Source: Lingula anatina (lineage: Eukaryota > Animalia > Brachiopoda). Taken from it: a stretch of 64,000 nt of DNA. The position numbers and the translations under genes were made by a program. The DNA lies in assembly GCA_051362555.1 (NCBI GenBank), contig CM120645.1:20522001-20586000 (forward strand), given 5' to 3'. Positions 14,993 through 27,829 of the stretch are shown here, piece after piece (the first letter of the stretch is position 1; the number at the start of each line of letters is the position of its first letter). Under the pieces are notes generated by a model. It saw only the letters and a list, made by a program, of their open reading frames with translations, searched no databases and had not been told where the DNA came from.

Positions 14993-17900
14993 GAAAATGA
15001 TATTTATTTACAAAAATACATGAACACAATATCCAAGTCTTCAACATGACTCCCGTTCTCATCCCAAACAATAAAATTTTCAAAAATCTGATTTTGTGAA
15101 TTGTTATTGTGTTAAAAAGAGTTCAGAAAAATGTCACATTTGGTATGAAATGTACCAGTATAGTAGAAAATAAGAGGAAATAATTTGTGTACGTTAGATG
15201 GTAAGAGCTCTGAATGTTTGTCAGTAATATTTATCAGAAAATCAAGCTAATCACAGTTTTCACGTGATTGTCGCATAGATATTTTTTACTCTTTTGATAA
15301 GTGTAATGTTTAATTTCTTTTCTTTTTCAAGCCAAGAAGTATGATAAACTGACCCAGTTTGCATACTCAGTGACCCCACATTTCTCCTACAAAGAGATAG
15401 TGGGGGCCACAGATGGGTTTGCAGACCACAACCTCCAAGGAAAAGGAACATTTGGAGAAGTTTACAAAGGCACTCTGAGGAAGACGGCATTTGCAATCAA
15501 AAGATTATTACAGGTACGAATATAATAGCATGCAGGAGGGGTATTGTTCTGTCATCTGGAAGCTAATTCATAAGGAGTCTTTGACTTAAGCTCAAAAAGA
15601 TAGATGACTATGTGAAATTGACTAAGTTAGTAGTATTGGTCTAAGAGCATTTTACAGAAGACTTGCCATGATTAATATAATAAGTTAGGTATCCAGATGG
15701 GATATTTTCACTACATAGAAAAAAAAGATCATTGTCATGACAATGACAATTTGCCCCATGAGGCTCAGTTATAAATTACTGAAAAAGAAAAGATATTTCA
15801 GTGATGTCAGCTCTTCTCATTTAATTCCAGCAAAGACAGTTTGAAGGTGAGCAAGCACGCCAGAGACACCATCATATGGAGATTAAGTCTTTGCTCATGT
15901 GAGTTTATCCTTTTTGCCTTATTTTTGGCAATTATTACCATGAAAACTGACATAAATTTGACTGCATAATTCATTGTAATTAGATTTATCAATTATCTCA
16001 AATAAGTCTTGCGAAATGGATTTTTTTTTTTTTTTTTTTTTGGTATTAGCTAAACTTAAACACCTTGCATAATCCAATTTTCGTATACTTAGAACATATT
16101 TTCTGGTTCGAAAAGTTTCTGAGTTATAGGAAGTCTACCGTTCTTTATAATAAATATTGGTACAGACAAGTGCTGATTAATAATTTTACTGAAATTGCCA
16201 AACTAACTCTTCCATACATGCCCAGTTCTTCAAAGAACTACAGTGCACCTATCTTGCATCGTGCTGACCAGAATTTGTTTACATTTCCACCTAGGTATCG
16301 CCATGACAACATAGTCCAGCTGATTGGCTACTCTCTGGATGGACCAGAAGTGTGCCTCATCTATCAGTTTATGGTCAATGGCTCCCTGGAAGATAGGCTG
16401 GCCTGTAAGGTGAGTTTGTAGGAAAAACTCTTGTCTTTGACCTCACAATCACCTTTGCCATTAATTCAAAATAATAGCTTGATGACTTTATGATGAAACA
16501 TTGTTTTTTTCACTTTTTTCGTGGATAAAAAATTTATTTCAGACTTGAATTCCTTTTCAGGATGGTACTAAGCCCCTTTCCTGGCACCAGAGATGTTCCA
16601 TACTGAAAGGAGCAGCACGGGGCCTCCAATACCTACACACTGCCCTGGATAAGCCCCTCATTCATGGGGATGTGAAGAGGTGAGGCACTGAACAGATTTT
16701 TGTAAAATATTTATTTATTTATTTATTTACCATTTTTGGGGGGGAGAAAAGGGGGCCCATAACTTGTTTCTCTTTTATCTCCCGTGTTTTTGACATGTTC
16801 AGAATTGAATCCAACCTGATGAAACTGAATAAGTATTCAAGATAAAAGATTATTATTTTAGGCTCAGATGTATTTGAATGATGAAATAAAAGATGCAAAA
16901 TGTTATGAAGATTCTGTAAGCTAATTTAATAGGTCAATTGATTATTTTCTTATCTCAGTGCAAACATACTGCTGGACAAACACTACGAGGCCCGTATTGG
17001 GGACTTTGGAATTGCTCAAGAGGCTCAGAAGGGGAGTGAGGGGAAATACACTCACATTACACAGCAAGATGCTGGCATATTTGGCTCTCTGGCATATGCA
17101 CCCCCTGAATTCCTTCGTAACTATCAGTTGTCTGTGAAGGGAGATACATATGGCTTCGGAGTGGTACGTTTGTGATCTGTTGAATTGTTTTCTTTTATTA
17201 AATCGTCACCGAAAGTCGTGATGGTGTTGTTTATTGAGATTATATATTAGTTTTTAGAGATAATTTCAGTTAGAAATTTGAGAACTATTGTTGAAAGTAC
17301 ACTTGCAGCTAAGACTTAAGTTTGCATTTTCACATCTTTGAAAACTGTACTACAGCTTTGTGATTTCTATATCGAGTTCATTTTTTTTTTTGTTTTTTTG
17401 GCAATTTTTTAGGTTATTTTTGAGGCGTGTTCTGGAAAACCACCATTTGAGGAAAAAGAACACAAAGGGAGACGAATGACAAAATATTTGGTAGGAATCA
17501 TAAAAATCATAAAAAGTCTGGGTTTTTCAATTAGAAAATGTTGAAAAAAAAATGAAATTACATCATAGCAAAAATGATTTTATTAAAGTGTATATTTAAA
17601 TTTTGTTTAGTAGAAAAAACAAATAGGTCCTTTAAATGATGTTACAGGATTTTTTTGCCTCTGGTATCAGATTTTAAAAAATCTGCTTTGTCATTTCTGA
17701 CAAATCTTTCTCGTATTTTTCAGAAAGATCACATGGGAGAAGTTTTGGACATGGTGAATGATGACAAAGAGTTGCTGAAAGAAAAAGACCACAAAGCTGC
17801 TAATTGGCCAGATGACATATTTGTTGAGCTCATGAAGCTGGGTCATTACTGCATTATGCCCAAGAAGAAAGAGAGGCCTGAAATGTCAGAGGTGTGGATT

Positions 17901-20236
17901 TTTAGTTATAAAGTTAAAGTAAACGATGGCCATAGACAGTCAGGTGCAATGTCTGTTCAGAGGGATCTATAGTCCAGGGATCTTTTAATTTGGTCTAAAT
18001 TTTTAGACCTAAGTTTTAGTCAACTTTAGTTAGGTAGTTCCATTGTCGGATAACTTCATTGAAATTGGGAGATTCAGACCTTGTTTGGAAATGAATAAAA
18101 TATGTATCCCTCCATTCTTCCTCCTATCTCAAAACATTTAATATAAAAGAATAAACCAAATAAAAAAGATAACAGAATAGAAAAGAACAGATCAGCTTAT
18201 TGTCACAGAATAATTTTTAAAACGTGCAAGCGTGTACGAGTTTTTACTTTTGAAAGTTGAAGGGGAGGGATGAAAAAAAAAACTTCAACCACTCCCCCCT
18301 TCATACAGTCAAACTGTGCCCTAGGGACTACCAATGATGAGACACATTTAATGTAAATGTGTACAGTTTGTTAGTATTACCAGTAACTCAGTTATGACTG
18401 ATGCCGTGTCTTAATGCTTGTAAGAAGTACATCAAGTTAATAAATTAATGTTGTTTTCTTTGAAATCTCTAGGTTCTGAAAAGTTTAGAAGATGTAGAGC
18501 TGAATGTTCAAAAAGAGAAATACTTCCAACACAGAAGGTCTTCAAAGGGTAAATAATTTCCAATGTTTTATTCAAGATATTTATTTAAATGAAGAATTGA
18601 GACTTGCAACAAAATATTTCTCAGTCATTGCTTGTACATGTATGATGCAGTCAACAGATTCTTATGTGTTTAAAAGTCAGATTTTTTATGTCAAAGTTTT
18701 TAAATAGAAATGATTTACATAATGGTGTATTGGAAGCCATGGTGAACCCTTACTTTACTTTGAAGCTGAATTGTAAAATTTGAAAATCCTTCTTTTTCAG
18801 AGGATGAAAAACCGGCTCCTTCTCACATGTCATATGAGGACACTTCAAGGTCTTTCCAAATGGACCATCATAGTTACGTGAGCCCAGAGAAAAAGCTTCA
18901 GGAAGTTCCAGACTATGTAAATGAGAGCAGCATTACAAAGGATGCAGATGACCCAAATTTTTTCTACAGTGACCCAAAGAAATTGGCCGAAATAGAAAAG
19001 TTTGATCAGGGCAATATTTCACACTCTGCAGATGATGAACGTTTTTTGGCCTATGATAAAAAGAAAATTGGAGAAGACACTGTAGGTGGCAGCACAGGAG
19101 GTGGTCCACGCAGCATGAGCCCTCTTGAATTACAAAAACAGTATGATGTTGCAAAGGAAAAAGAGACCCAGTCTGGAAATTTTGTTACAGCTGAAAAACG
19201 GCCTGGTCTTTTGAGAACTTATAGTCCATTACAACTCCAAATGAGTTATGATGCTATGAAGCAACATGGAGGTGCTAAGTCACTTGACGGACACCTGCAG
19301 GAGAAAGTTGAAAAGAAGGCCACGGAAAATTCTGTCCCCACTTCACTGCCTGCACAGCCTCTCAAAGATGGACGAAAGTTGGAAGTTGAACATTATGAGA
19401 ATATCCCTGTACACCATGACTATGAAAACATCCCAAATTTTAGTGAAATTCAGTTCATCCAGCAGGGGGCATCACAGTCACCCCAACCAAGACAGTCCAC
19501 AGCCAATTGCACTCCTGCTGAAACAACTAACAGATCAGAAATGGCAGTTGAGGAAGTTATGCCACGTAAGAAAAAACTACCCAAGGCATTTCAGCAGTAT
19601 TATGACGAGGTTGCTGAATTGCAGAAGGAAGTCGAAAATAAAGATGCCAATGTGTTCTTTGCTGGTCTTGAGCAAAGTCAAAATTTTCGGTCACAGGCTG
19701 TGGGGGATAATCCAGAATATTACAACGAGGTTTGCCTCCAGATGGCACTGCAAGAGCACCAAGAAAGCCAAAGTCAAATAGGTGACATTCAACAATTTGA
19801 AACACGAGACACTGCTGTTGTGCAAAAAGAGGACAACCAGCAGAGAGACACTGATTTTGCAGAGCAGAAAAGTGAGATTTTGGCCACAGATTCTACCATG
19901 GCTGAAGCCCAGAGCACGGAGCATATTCAAGAGCATGTAATCAAAAGTGGGGACAAAACTGCCATTTCACAGCATCATCATTACACCAGCTGCATCACAG
20001 AGTATGTTGCAGATGAGGGTTATGTGCAAAATCCTGCTTTGGGCTCATCGCATTTTCAAAATCCAGAATTGGGCCTGGAGTGCACTAAGCCAAGGTTGGG
20101 CTCGCCAGCAGATATTGTGGAAAATTTGAGACAGAGAAAAGAAGCACTCATGCAGTCGGTGCAGAAAGACTTGCCATCAGTTACTGAAGACATGGCGCAC
20201 ATGTCTGTCAAAACCAACACAACCAACACACCTTAA
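3310..20236 (+). CDS. IRAK1: Pelle/IRAK1-like kinase (death domain, non-RD Ser/Thr kinase, long C-terminal tail). Exons approx. 3310-3424, 9418-9603, 13727-13831, 14270-14734, 15332-15513, 15831-15898, 16295-16409, 16561-16679, 16959-17163, 17413-17490, 17724-17891, 18473-18548, 18801-20236
   Basis: Death domain ([31 protein letters not shown]). Kinase motifs [27 protein letters not shown], Tyr gatekeeper [27 protein letters not shown] (non-RD, as in IRAK1/Pelle rather than IRAK4 HRD), DFG, YAPPE, ERPEM. Intron phases are consistent throughout. Confidence 0.9.
5007..5231. mobile_element. PIF/Harbinger-like (Tourist-type) MITE, copy 1
   Basis: Imperfect TIRs GGGTGCATTCCCA..TGGGAATGGGGTC flanked by TAA on both sides; same family as 49273-49486 and 59009-59222. 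Confidence 0.75.
6177..6623. repeat. Identical 91-bp direct repeat (6177-6267 and 6533-6623)
   Basis: AACCGGACTTTGTGG..CCGCCGTGATAA occurs twice; the ORF track shows the duplicated peptide. Confidence 0.85.
6730..8630 (-). mobile_element. Degenerate DDE DNA transposon, probably Sola2-like; transposase pseudogene at ~7077-8082
   Basis: Frameshifted pieces [39 protein letters not shown] and [10 protein letters not shown], plus a C-terminal GDFVIAEF domain. A subterminal motif GTCTCTGACGGGAC recurs in both orientations (6735, 6748, 8252, 8273, 8441, 8609). Termini not resolved. Confidence 0.7.
10717..10928. mobile_element. TTAA-flanked MITE (Kolobok-like) in IRAK intron 2
   Basis: TTAA|GGGAAATTCC ... 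GGGATTCCCC|TTAA, with imperfect inverted ends and internal poly-T and poly-A arms. Confidence 0.6.
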
Positions 20237-20550
20237 AAAAAATATTTTTATGGGACTTAATTTCTCTACATTTTGATGTGAGAGCAGCATTTAGAGGCAG
20301 ATCTTGGATTTTGGAAAACTGTGTGTGTGTGTGTGGTGAGGGGGGAGTAGAAAAGGGGATGCCTACAAAGCTTAGCTGAAGGGAAGGATGCCCCTGCAGT
20401 GTCCCCCCTCCCCCAGTCCACCATTGAGTACAAAGGTGCTTCTTTACTAATGAAAGGAACTGAGATACTTAGTACTATATTGGTGCTTTTGCTTTGTACA
20501 GCTATTTAATGAAGAATCTTATTAACAGGTTATTACCTTAACCGTTTGTT

Positions 20551-20594
<44 letters not shown>

Positions 20595-22268
20595 GTTGAA
20601 TGTATTGTTTATTTTTCTTAGAAAGATGTCTGTAATATTTTGATATCACTGTAATGTTGAAAATTAATAAATTGATAATAATGTGATATCATTTTAATGT
20701 AAGATGATTTTCTTGAGCAATAAGTGAAGATCATTGACATGATGTAGTTCAAGCAATAAAACTTCATAACCAGATTTATTCATTCTTTAGTAATTGAAAC
20801 ATATAGCCATGATCATAGTAAAAGGCATTACCTTTTAAGTTAATAAGTTAAATATATTGGAACTGTTTTAATCATAACTGTTACTCTGAATTGATGTTTT
20901 ATATATGATTCCTGATAATTGAATGATATAATTGTTAAGGAGTAGATGTGGGGGAATTTGATTGAATACTTAGGATTTATGAAAATTTAGACAAAAATTG
21001 TCAGTTGTCATAATTTAGTTGTTGACAACTAACATTCTGATGTGTCACAAGTGCTTGTTAGTCTGAAAATAATCCTATCCAACAAATCTTAGATGACTTA
21101 AAAAAAAACCTTGGATCCTCTTTCAGAACTTTAGTCTGAAAGTTGGTATTAGCTATTATGCCAAAAATTTATACTTGTTCAGTTCAGGATAATTTGGTAA
21201 TAGTCAAATGTTATTATAATTACATTGTACTATTGGTCTTATTAAACATGAAACATTTTCCTTGTGATAAGACAGGTTCAGCATGTCATTCAAGTGAATT
21301 ACTACTGATTATTAGTATAGGGCAAAGAAGACCTACATTTTGATCAAAAAGTTTAAACTAACTTACTTTTCAAAGTACATTTACAAATTAAACTGATCTT
21401 TATCCATTTTGCCAAAGGACCATCTACAACTAAGCTGTGCATCACAAATGTATTGGCTGGTAATTTTGTCTCCACAAAATTGCAATTTTCCTCTAGTCAG
21501 TAGATGTTCTACGCAGTTGTAGTTAACTATTATAGTATTATAGAATGATTAAGTTACTAGAAGTAGGCCTAAATAACTCTTAATGTCAAATAGATTTGGA
21601 GCTTCTTTTTGTGAGTGCCAACATAAATGTTAAACTTTGATTTCAAGGAAATTTTGTTAGAAGGAACTTGTCATTGGGTAAATTAACAGTTCAGACTTTA
21701 CAGTTAAATAACTCGCTTGTTAAAACATGCATGCATTGTTTGGATTTGTCAGAGATTGTGCTTTACTATAAAGGAGCTCCAGAAATCAAAAAATCAAAAC
21801 CTGTCACTCTCTCTTTAGTTCCTCAAGCAATGTTAGAAAGAATCAGGTTGTCAATCCTTTTTTTATTCGACAATAAAACTGACAAGGAGAGTCGGGATTT
21901 GATAACATTTTGCTCTTTATTTTAATTGTGCTGAATAGTTCTTTCCTATTTTTTATTTCCCCCCACTGAAAGAGGAGTTGGGGGGTATATTAATATTTTT
22001 GCTAATGGTCATCAACTTACTAATTGCACAAATCAAACGGGGTTTCTATAGATTTCGGAGAAGCTCGGTCAGGAATAATTATAGCAGGTTAGGTGCACAT
22101 TATGCAGATTATTCCCGTCTCGATCACAGATGAAGTAACAGTGCCAACAGCCAGGTTTTTTTTCCTACTATCTCGGTTTATATCCATCATAACTGGTTTT
22201 CAAAATGAACATCAGTTTTTTCAGATGATTCGAAAATAACCTTTACTCAAAAGAAAGTTGAAGTTCTA

Positions 22269-22309
<41 letters not shown>

Positions 22310-25300
22310 CTCGAAATAAAAATGGATAAAATGATATTTAAAGTATGGCCTTGTTTGCTTCAGGTCTTCAACCTGCTTTGGGATGTAACATTGTACAAAA
22401 CTAAGTAAACATTACTTTTCTAACGAGTAAAATGTTATCATCTGCTAAAGGGATATCTGTTCATATCAGATTCATATTTCACAATAAATGCATTGTAAAC
22501 AACTCACAGAAATATTTTCCACCAAAACAGAGGTTAACGCAGTTAATCTGGAATCTATGCTTGCCATGACTTCCATAGATGGCTTTATATCTGTAATATA
22601 TCAAAGACCAAATACCAAAGACCAAATCTTTCAGATAAAAAGACCATGGACTAACTTTGAATGTCGGACTTGATTCGTTTACAGTTGTTATGCATGGGAA
22701 AATGGTCGTGTACCCCAAGAAAATCCCTTTTGTATTTTTAGATCAAATTATAATTTTATATCTTGATGAACGAACGCTTTGTGATTGTAAAGGCCATTTC
22801 TTTCTATTTGGGTTCATTGTGCCAAAACTAACTGAAGTGATTTATAGCACCAAAACACCGGTCAAGCCTGAATAGCGCCTCGATGGACCTTTTCTTTTTT
22901 GTCTCTTTATATAACTTGGCATTACTTTTCATCTGCCAAGTTTTACGTGCTGTAACACAAAGTTTATTATTAACTTGTTGATGCTTAATTAAAATCGTTC
23001 CGTCACAGATTGATTTTTTTTTAATGTTTTTACCGAGAAAGAACCCTCCTCTGAGAAATACTGGATCCGCCGCAATATATAATATACCCCTTAACTAACA
23101 TCAAAAAGTGTTGGGTTCTTGCACCTACAGTGAAATTTTCTTAAGATTGTTACTTTTGGGGCACTAATCCGACTCACTGAAGTCTTGACATCGGCAAGAG
23201 TTATTCCCGGAGAGAAAGTTACGTAACACCGCAACATCGTTTTTAAAACCAAAAATTAATTATTACTGAACTTCGTCCGGTTTTATGGAAGAAATCGGCA
23301 TAACAGTAATTACAAAACCGTAAATCAAATATAGAGTATAAATTTTATTCAACTGTAATGTACAATTTTGAACAGTTACATTCAATTTCAAAAGGACTTC
23401 AGTAATCATTAATGAATCATATAAACGCAATGGATTAAAAAATGGTAGTGTTACTGAAAGTTTATATTTTCCTTTCCCGTCTTTATCATCTAACAACGAA
23501 ACGCAGATAGTCCAGTAATGCTGGTTTTATGGTCGAAAGTTGGTACCCGATGCTCTCGAGCCGTGGGGAAAAACCCGTCTAAACCCTTCTTGGGGAATGC
23601 CGGGAAAGTGCCCACGCCCGGATATTTTCTTTAAATCAATTTTTCTAATGGCGCCTTACAGTTCAAGAATATCGTCCCGTTTTAGACAGCATAGTGTGAC
23701 TGAATAAACTCTCTCGTGACTACAAACTATTCTCTATGTATACTATACAAGACAAACTATAATTTATCAAAGTAAATCATACAGAAATCGAAAGAGACAC
23801 AAAGCCAATTGAGACATTTACTAGAGACTTAACACAAAGCGAGACTAACTAAATCTAATGGGATGAAGCCATAAATAAAGCCACTTAATCCTGAAAGCAT
23901 CTTTTTTAACTTGCTTATAGTTCAAATGATAAAATGCATAAACAGACCACCAACAAATTCAGGTAACATGACTATAACTCGGGTATCTCAATGATTTAAA
24001 CTAAACTTAGACATAACTCGGTACAAAATACAAATTTCTAAAATTTCATTTTGCCCTGAAATCGACACTACCTATATGGATACAAGTAAGGAATAAAGCA
24101 AGCTTGCTTCGAAATATTTCACACCTCACATCACTGTTTGACCGTCCATGCAAGTTTCAATTTGAATTTGGTCGATCCGGAGAAAAGGTGCATATCTGAT
24201 GAAGTGGATATATTTGTCAAGTATAACACTTGGGAAAATCTGAATGTTAGTAATGTGATCTCTACCTTGAGAGATGATAGCATCTCTCAAGTAGAGGAGG
24301 CTGTGCAAAAAATATAATGAAATATTTTATCATGTAAAATATTTCATTGCAGATTTTGCACAGGCTGTCAATGTAAAATCTCTTCATGTAAAAGCGTTTA
24401 CATCAAGTCAGATTTTACAAAGATGTGAGGGTTTGTTAGTAAGGTTAGTGTGCTGGTTAAGACCTTCCCAAATGACATACTGACAAACAACTCCACATCA
24501 TCAAAAGCACAAATTTCGGAAAAGACTACTGCACTACGATTAAAACAAAACACAGACGACCATAAGTGGTGGGAATACTAATGCTTTTGTGAGCAAAAAA
24601 CTATCTGCATTTAGAATGTATACAGCAACTATATATTCAATTTAAATCATTTATATGATAATCAAGTATCTGAAGAGGTAGACTTAACAAATTTTCATAC
24701 ATAACCACGCCTCATCTTATTCAATTGGAATGCATGGAATTAAGAATGATCATTCAGACCTTCAGCCATTGAAATAAAACTTCACTTACATAAGTATAAA
24801 ATAAAACTTAGCGCAATTATATTCGACAAAAGTTTGTGACCAATGAAACCCAAATATTTTTATTATCCAAAAGCCTCGAGTCCATTATTAGATTGTATTC
24901 CTATTATAGTCAGCATATTGCTCTTCATTACCATTGCTCATTCTCTATATTTGTTTGCAGAACAAGTTGTATCCTTCAAAACCGAAACTGCTAGGACGTC
25001 CAATCATTAATGAAAAGTGGCTACAGGGCTCCTTGCTAGCGCTATGAAGTGTTTCACATCTTGGATATTTGGTCTATGGTTGAAGTTGTTTGCTTTCGGG
25101 CATCATTTCTGGAAATCCCTTTTTGCAGCCTACAAATGAAATGTAATATGTTCACTTTAAAGTAATAATGATTTATTTCACCTTGTAAAGTTACATGTTA
25201 ACATTGTTGGTTGTCCATGCTATTTTTCTGCATTTTCTTAAGGAAAGTGAAATAGTAATATATACTTGAATTATTTCATAACTAATTTAGACACTTGGCT

Positions 25301-26859
25301 ATCAGTACATACAAGTTAAGGGATGCGATGTTTAGGAATGTGATGGGCGCTTTTGCCAATTCTGTATATACAGACACTGCTCTAAGATTATTATTCTGCG
25401 AGTTGAGAAGGATACAGTTTTTGTTCACAGTCTATAATAAGAAAAAATACACTAATAATATAGATATATATATATATAAAAGTTAAGAACTGCTTTTCTT
25501 AAAGTTGTCGATCCCCATTAACTTACAAACTTATCTTGCAAGAAGATCCCTCGCTCCTGAAGAAGAAGTGTTTCATCTGGTGGTTTGGATGTTGCAATCG
25601 GCATTTTTGGAAACCTCCACTTTTGGTAGCCTGCAAATTTTATTTATAATTTTAAAATGTAATACAAGCCAACAATTGCAATACGAAATGTGTATAAAAA
25701 GTTTAATCGGTTTGATAGAAAATAGATATCAAGAGCATTTTTTGTCACAAACTCTGAAAAAACTTATCATTCACGCGAAATATTTTGACATGCCACTGGC
25801 GACCTTCGTCAAAATTTAGAGTTTTAACGACGGAAAAGGAACATTGCATTTGCTCTAACGGACCAGGAAAAAACCGATTGGGAGAGTGCTAATATTCTAC
25901 AAAACGAAAGTGACTGGAGAACAAGAGGCATAAAGGAAGGAACGTGTTTTGCTTTCCCAAATAACATGAGTTACATGTACCTTTTAAGGCTTTCCATCTC
26001 AGTGAAACGCCACATGCTTCTGATGTTCTCCCATGCAGCCGCCTAATAAACAGTCCATGGCAGGACTAAATCATGCACCAAGGAATGATCGAAGTAAACA
26101 AATGTGCCGCTCTTCTTGCACTTCTTTTAAAAACTGGGAACTATCAGGAGTAGCCATCAGTTCTGTAAATAGAAACGAAAATGGAATTAGTTTTCAAAAT
26201 CAAAAGCAGTCTGCGACCGAGTACATTTAAGAGTTTTAGATTTGATTCAATTTTTTAAATTAACTGTTAAATCACAATTCTAAAAATGACAAGGTCTTGT
26301 TAATACAAATATTAATGCAATCCAGTCCAGTCCTATTCAAATTTTTATTTGGACCAGTAAATCCAAATTCAGACTTCTAGATTTAAAGGGATAATAACTT
26401 CGTATTATATCTTTATTTCACAATAAATGCATTGTGAACAACTCATAGAAATATAATATATTGTTTTACCACAAAAATAGCAGCTATAGCTATTATTCTG
26501 ATATCTAAGCTTGTCTTCAGATCATGTGACTTCCATTGATGGCTGTACTCTGTTATAATCTCTTAAGAGATTTTAACAAAAAAAACCAAACTTTTTAGAA
26601 AAAAAAAAAAACGGACAACTTTGAATGTAAAAATGGATTCATTAACCATTGGTAAGTATGGAAAAATTGTTGTTTACTCCAAGAAAATTCACTTTTTGGC
26701 CAAAACGAAGAGTTATTATCCCTTTAAGGAAAGTAAGGCGGTCCAAACGGTGAAAAGTTTATGGCACGGACTTCAACTAAAAGAAAATCATTTTTGTATA
26801 TTGCTCTCCCCAATAACACGGGTTACCTTCCAGGGTTTTCCATCTCATTGAAACACCAT

Positions 26860-27190
26860 ATGACAGGACTCGCTGGACGCGTCCCCAATGCAGCCACCTC
26901 GTAGACGGACCATGGCAGGACTCGCTGGACGCTTCCCCCGTGCAGCCACCTCGTAGACAGACCATGGCAGGACTCGCTGGACGCTTCCTCAGTGCAGCCA
27001 TCTCGTAGACAGACTATGGCAGGACTCGCTGGACGCTTCCCCAGTGCAGCCACCTCGTAGAAGACCATGGCAGGACTCGCTGGACGCTTCCCCCGTGCAG
27101 CCACCTCGTAGACGGACCATGGCAGGACTCGCTGGACGCTTTCCCCGTGCTGTCACCTCGTAGACAGACCATGGCAGGACTTGCTGGCAC
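26860..27190. repeat. 52-bp GC-rich tandem repeat, block 1 (~6 units)
   Basis: Unit GACAGACCATGGCAGGACTCGCTGGACGCTTCCCCAGTGCAGCCACCTCGTA. Confidence 0.95.
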
Positions 27191-27384
27191 CAAGGATTGG
27201 TCGAAGTAGCTGAAGTGTAGATGTGGGCCCTTTTCTTGCAGTTGTCAGTGGGAGCTCTGTCGAGGATCGCCATAATCGAGTTCTGTTAACAGAAATAAAA
27301 AAAGATTAATGACTTTTTCTACTTATGTCAGTACTCTGCAGTCAGGCTTACCTTTAAGGAGTTTCCTTCTCGTTGAGGCACCAT

Positions 27385-27770
27385 ATGACAAGACTCGCTG
27401 GACGCTTCCCCAGTGCAGCCACCTCGTAGACAGACCATGGCAGGACTCGCTGGACGCTTCCCCAGTGCTGCCACCTCGTAGACAGACCATGGCAGGACTC
27501 GCTGGACGCTTCCCCAGTGCTGCCACCTCGTAGACAGACCATGGCAGTACTCGCTGGACGCTTCCCCCGTGCAGCTACCTCGTAGACAGACCATGGCAGG
27601 ACTCGCTGGACGCCTCCCCCGTGCTGCCACCTCGTAGACAGACCATGGCAGGACTCGCTAGACGCTTACCCAGTGCAGCCCCCTCGTAGACAGACCTTGG
27701 CAGGACTCGCTGGACGCTTCCCCAGTGCAGCCACGTCGTAGAGAGACCATGACAGGACTCGCTGGCACCA
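27385..27770. repeat. 52-bp GC-rich tandem repeat, block 2 (~7 units)
   Basis: Same unit as block 1; the flanks are also homologous, so the two blocks are duplicated exons. Confidence 0.95.
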
Positions 27771-27829
27771 AGCAATGGTCAAAGTAGCTGAGTGGGGCGT
27801 CTCCTTGCAGTTGTGTTCTGTTAACAGAA

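Noticed and set aside
3310-20236. IRAK4 assignment
   Set aside because: The catalytic loop is HGD (non-RD) and there is a long C-terminal extension, fitting IRAK1/Pelle.
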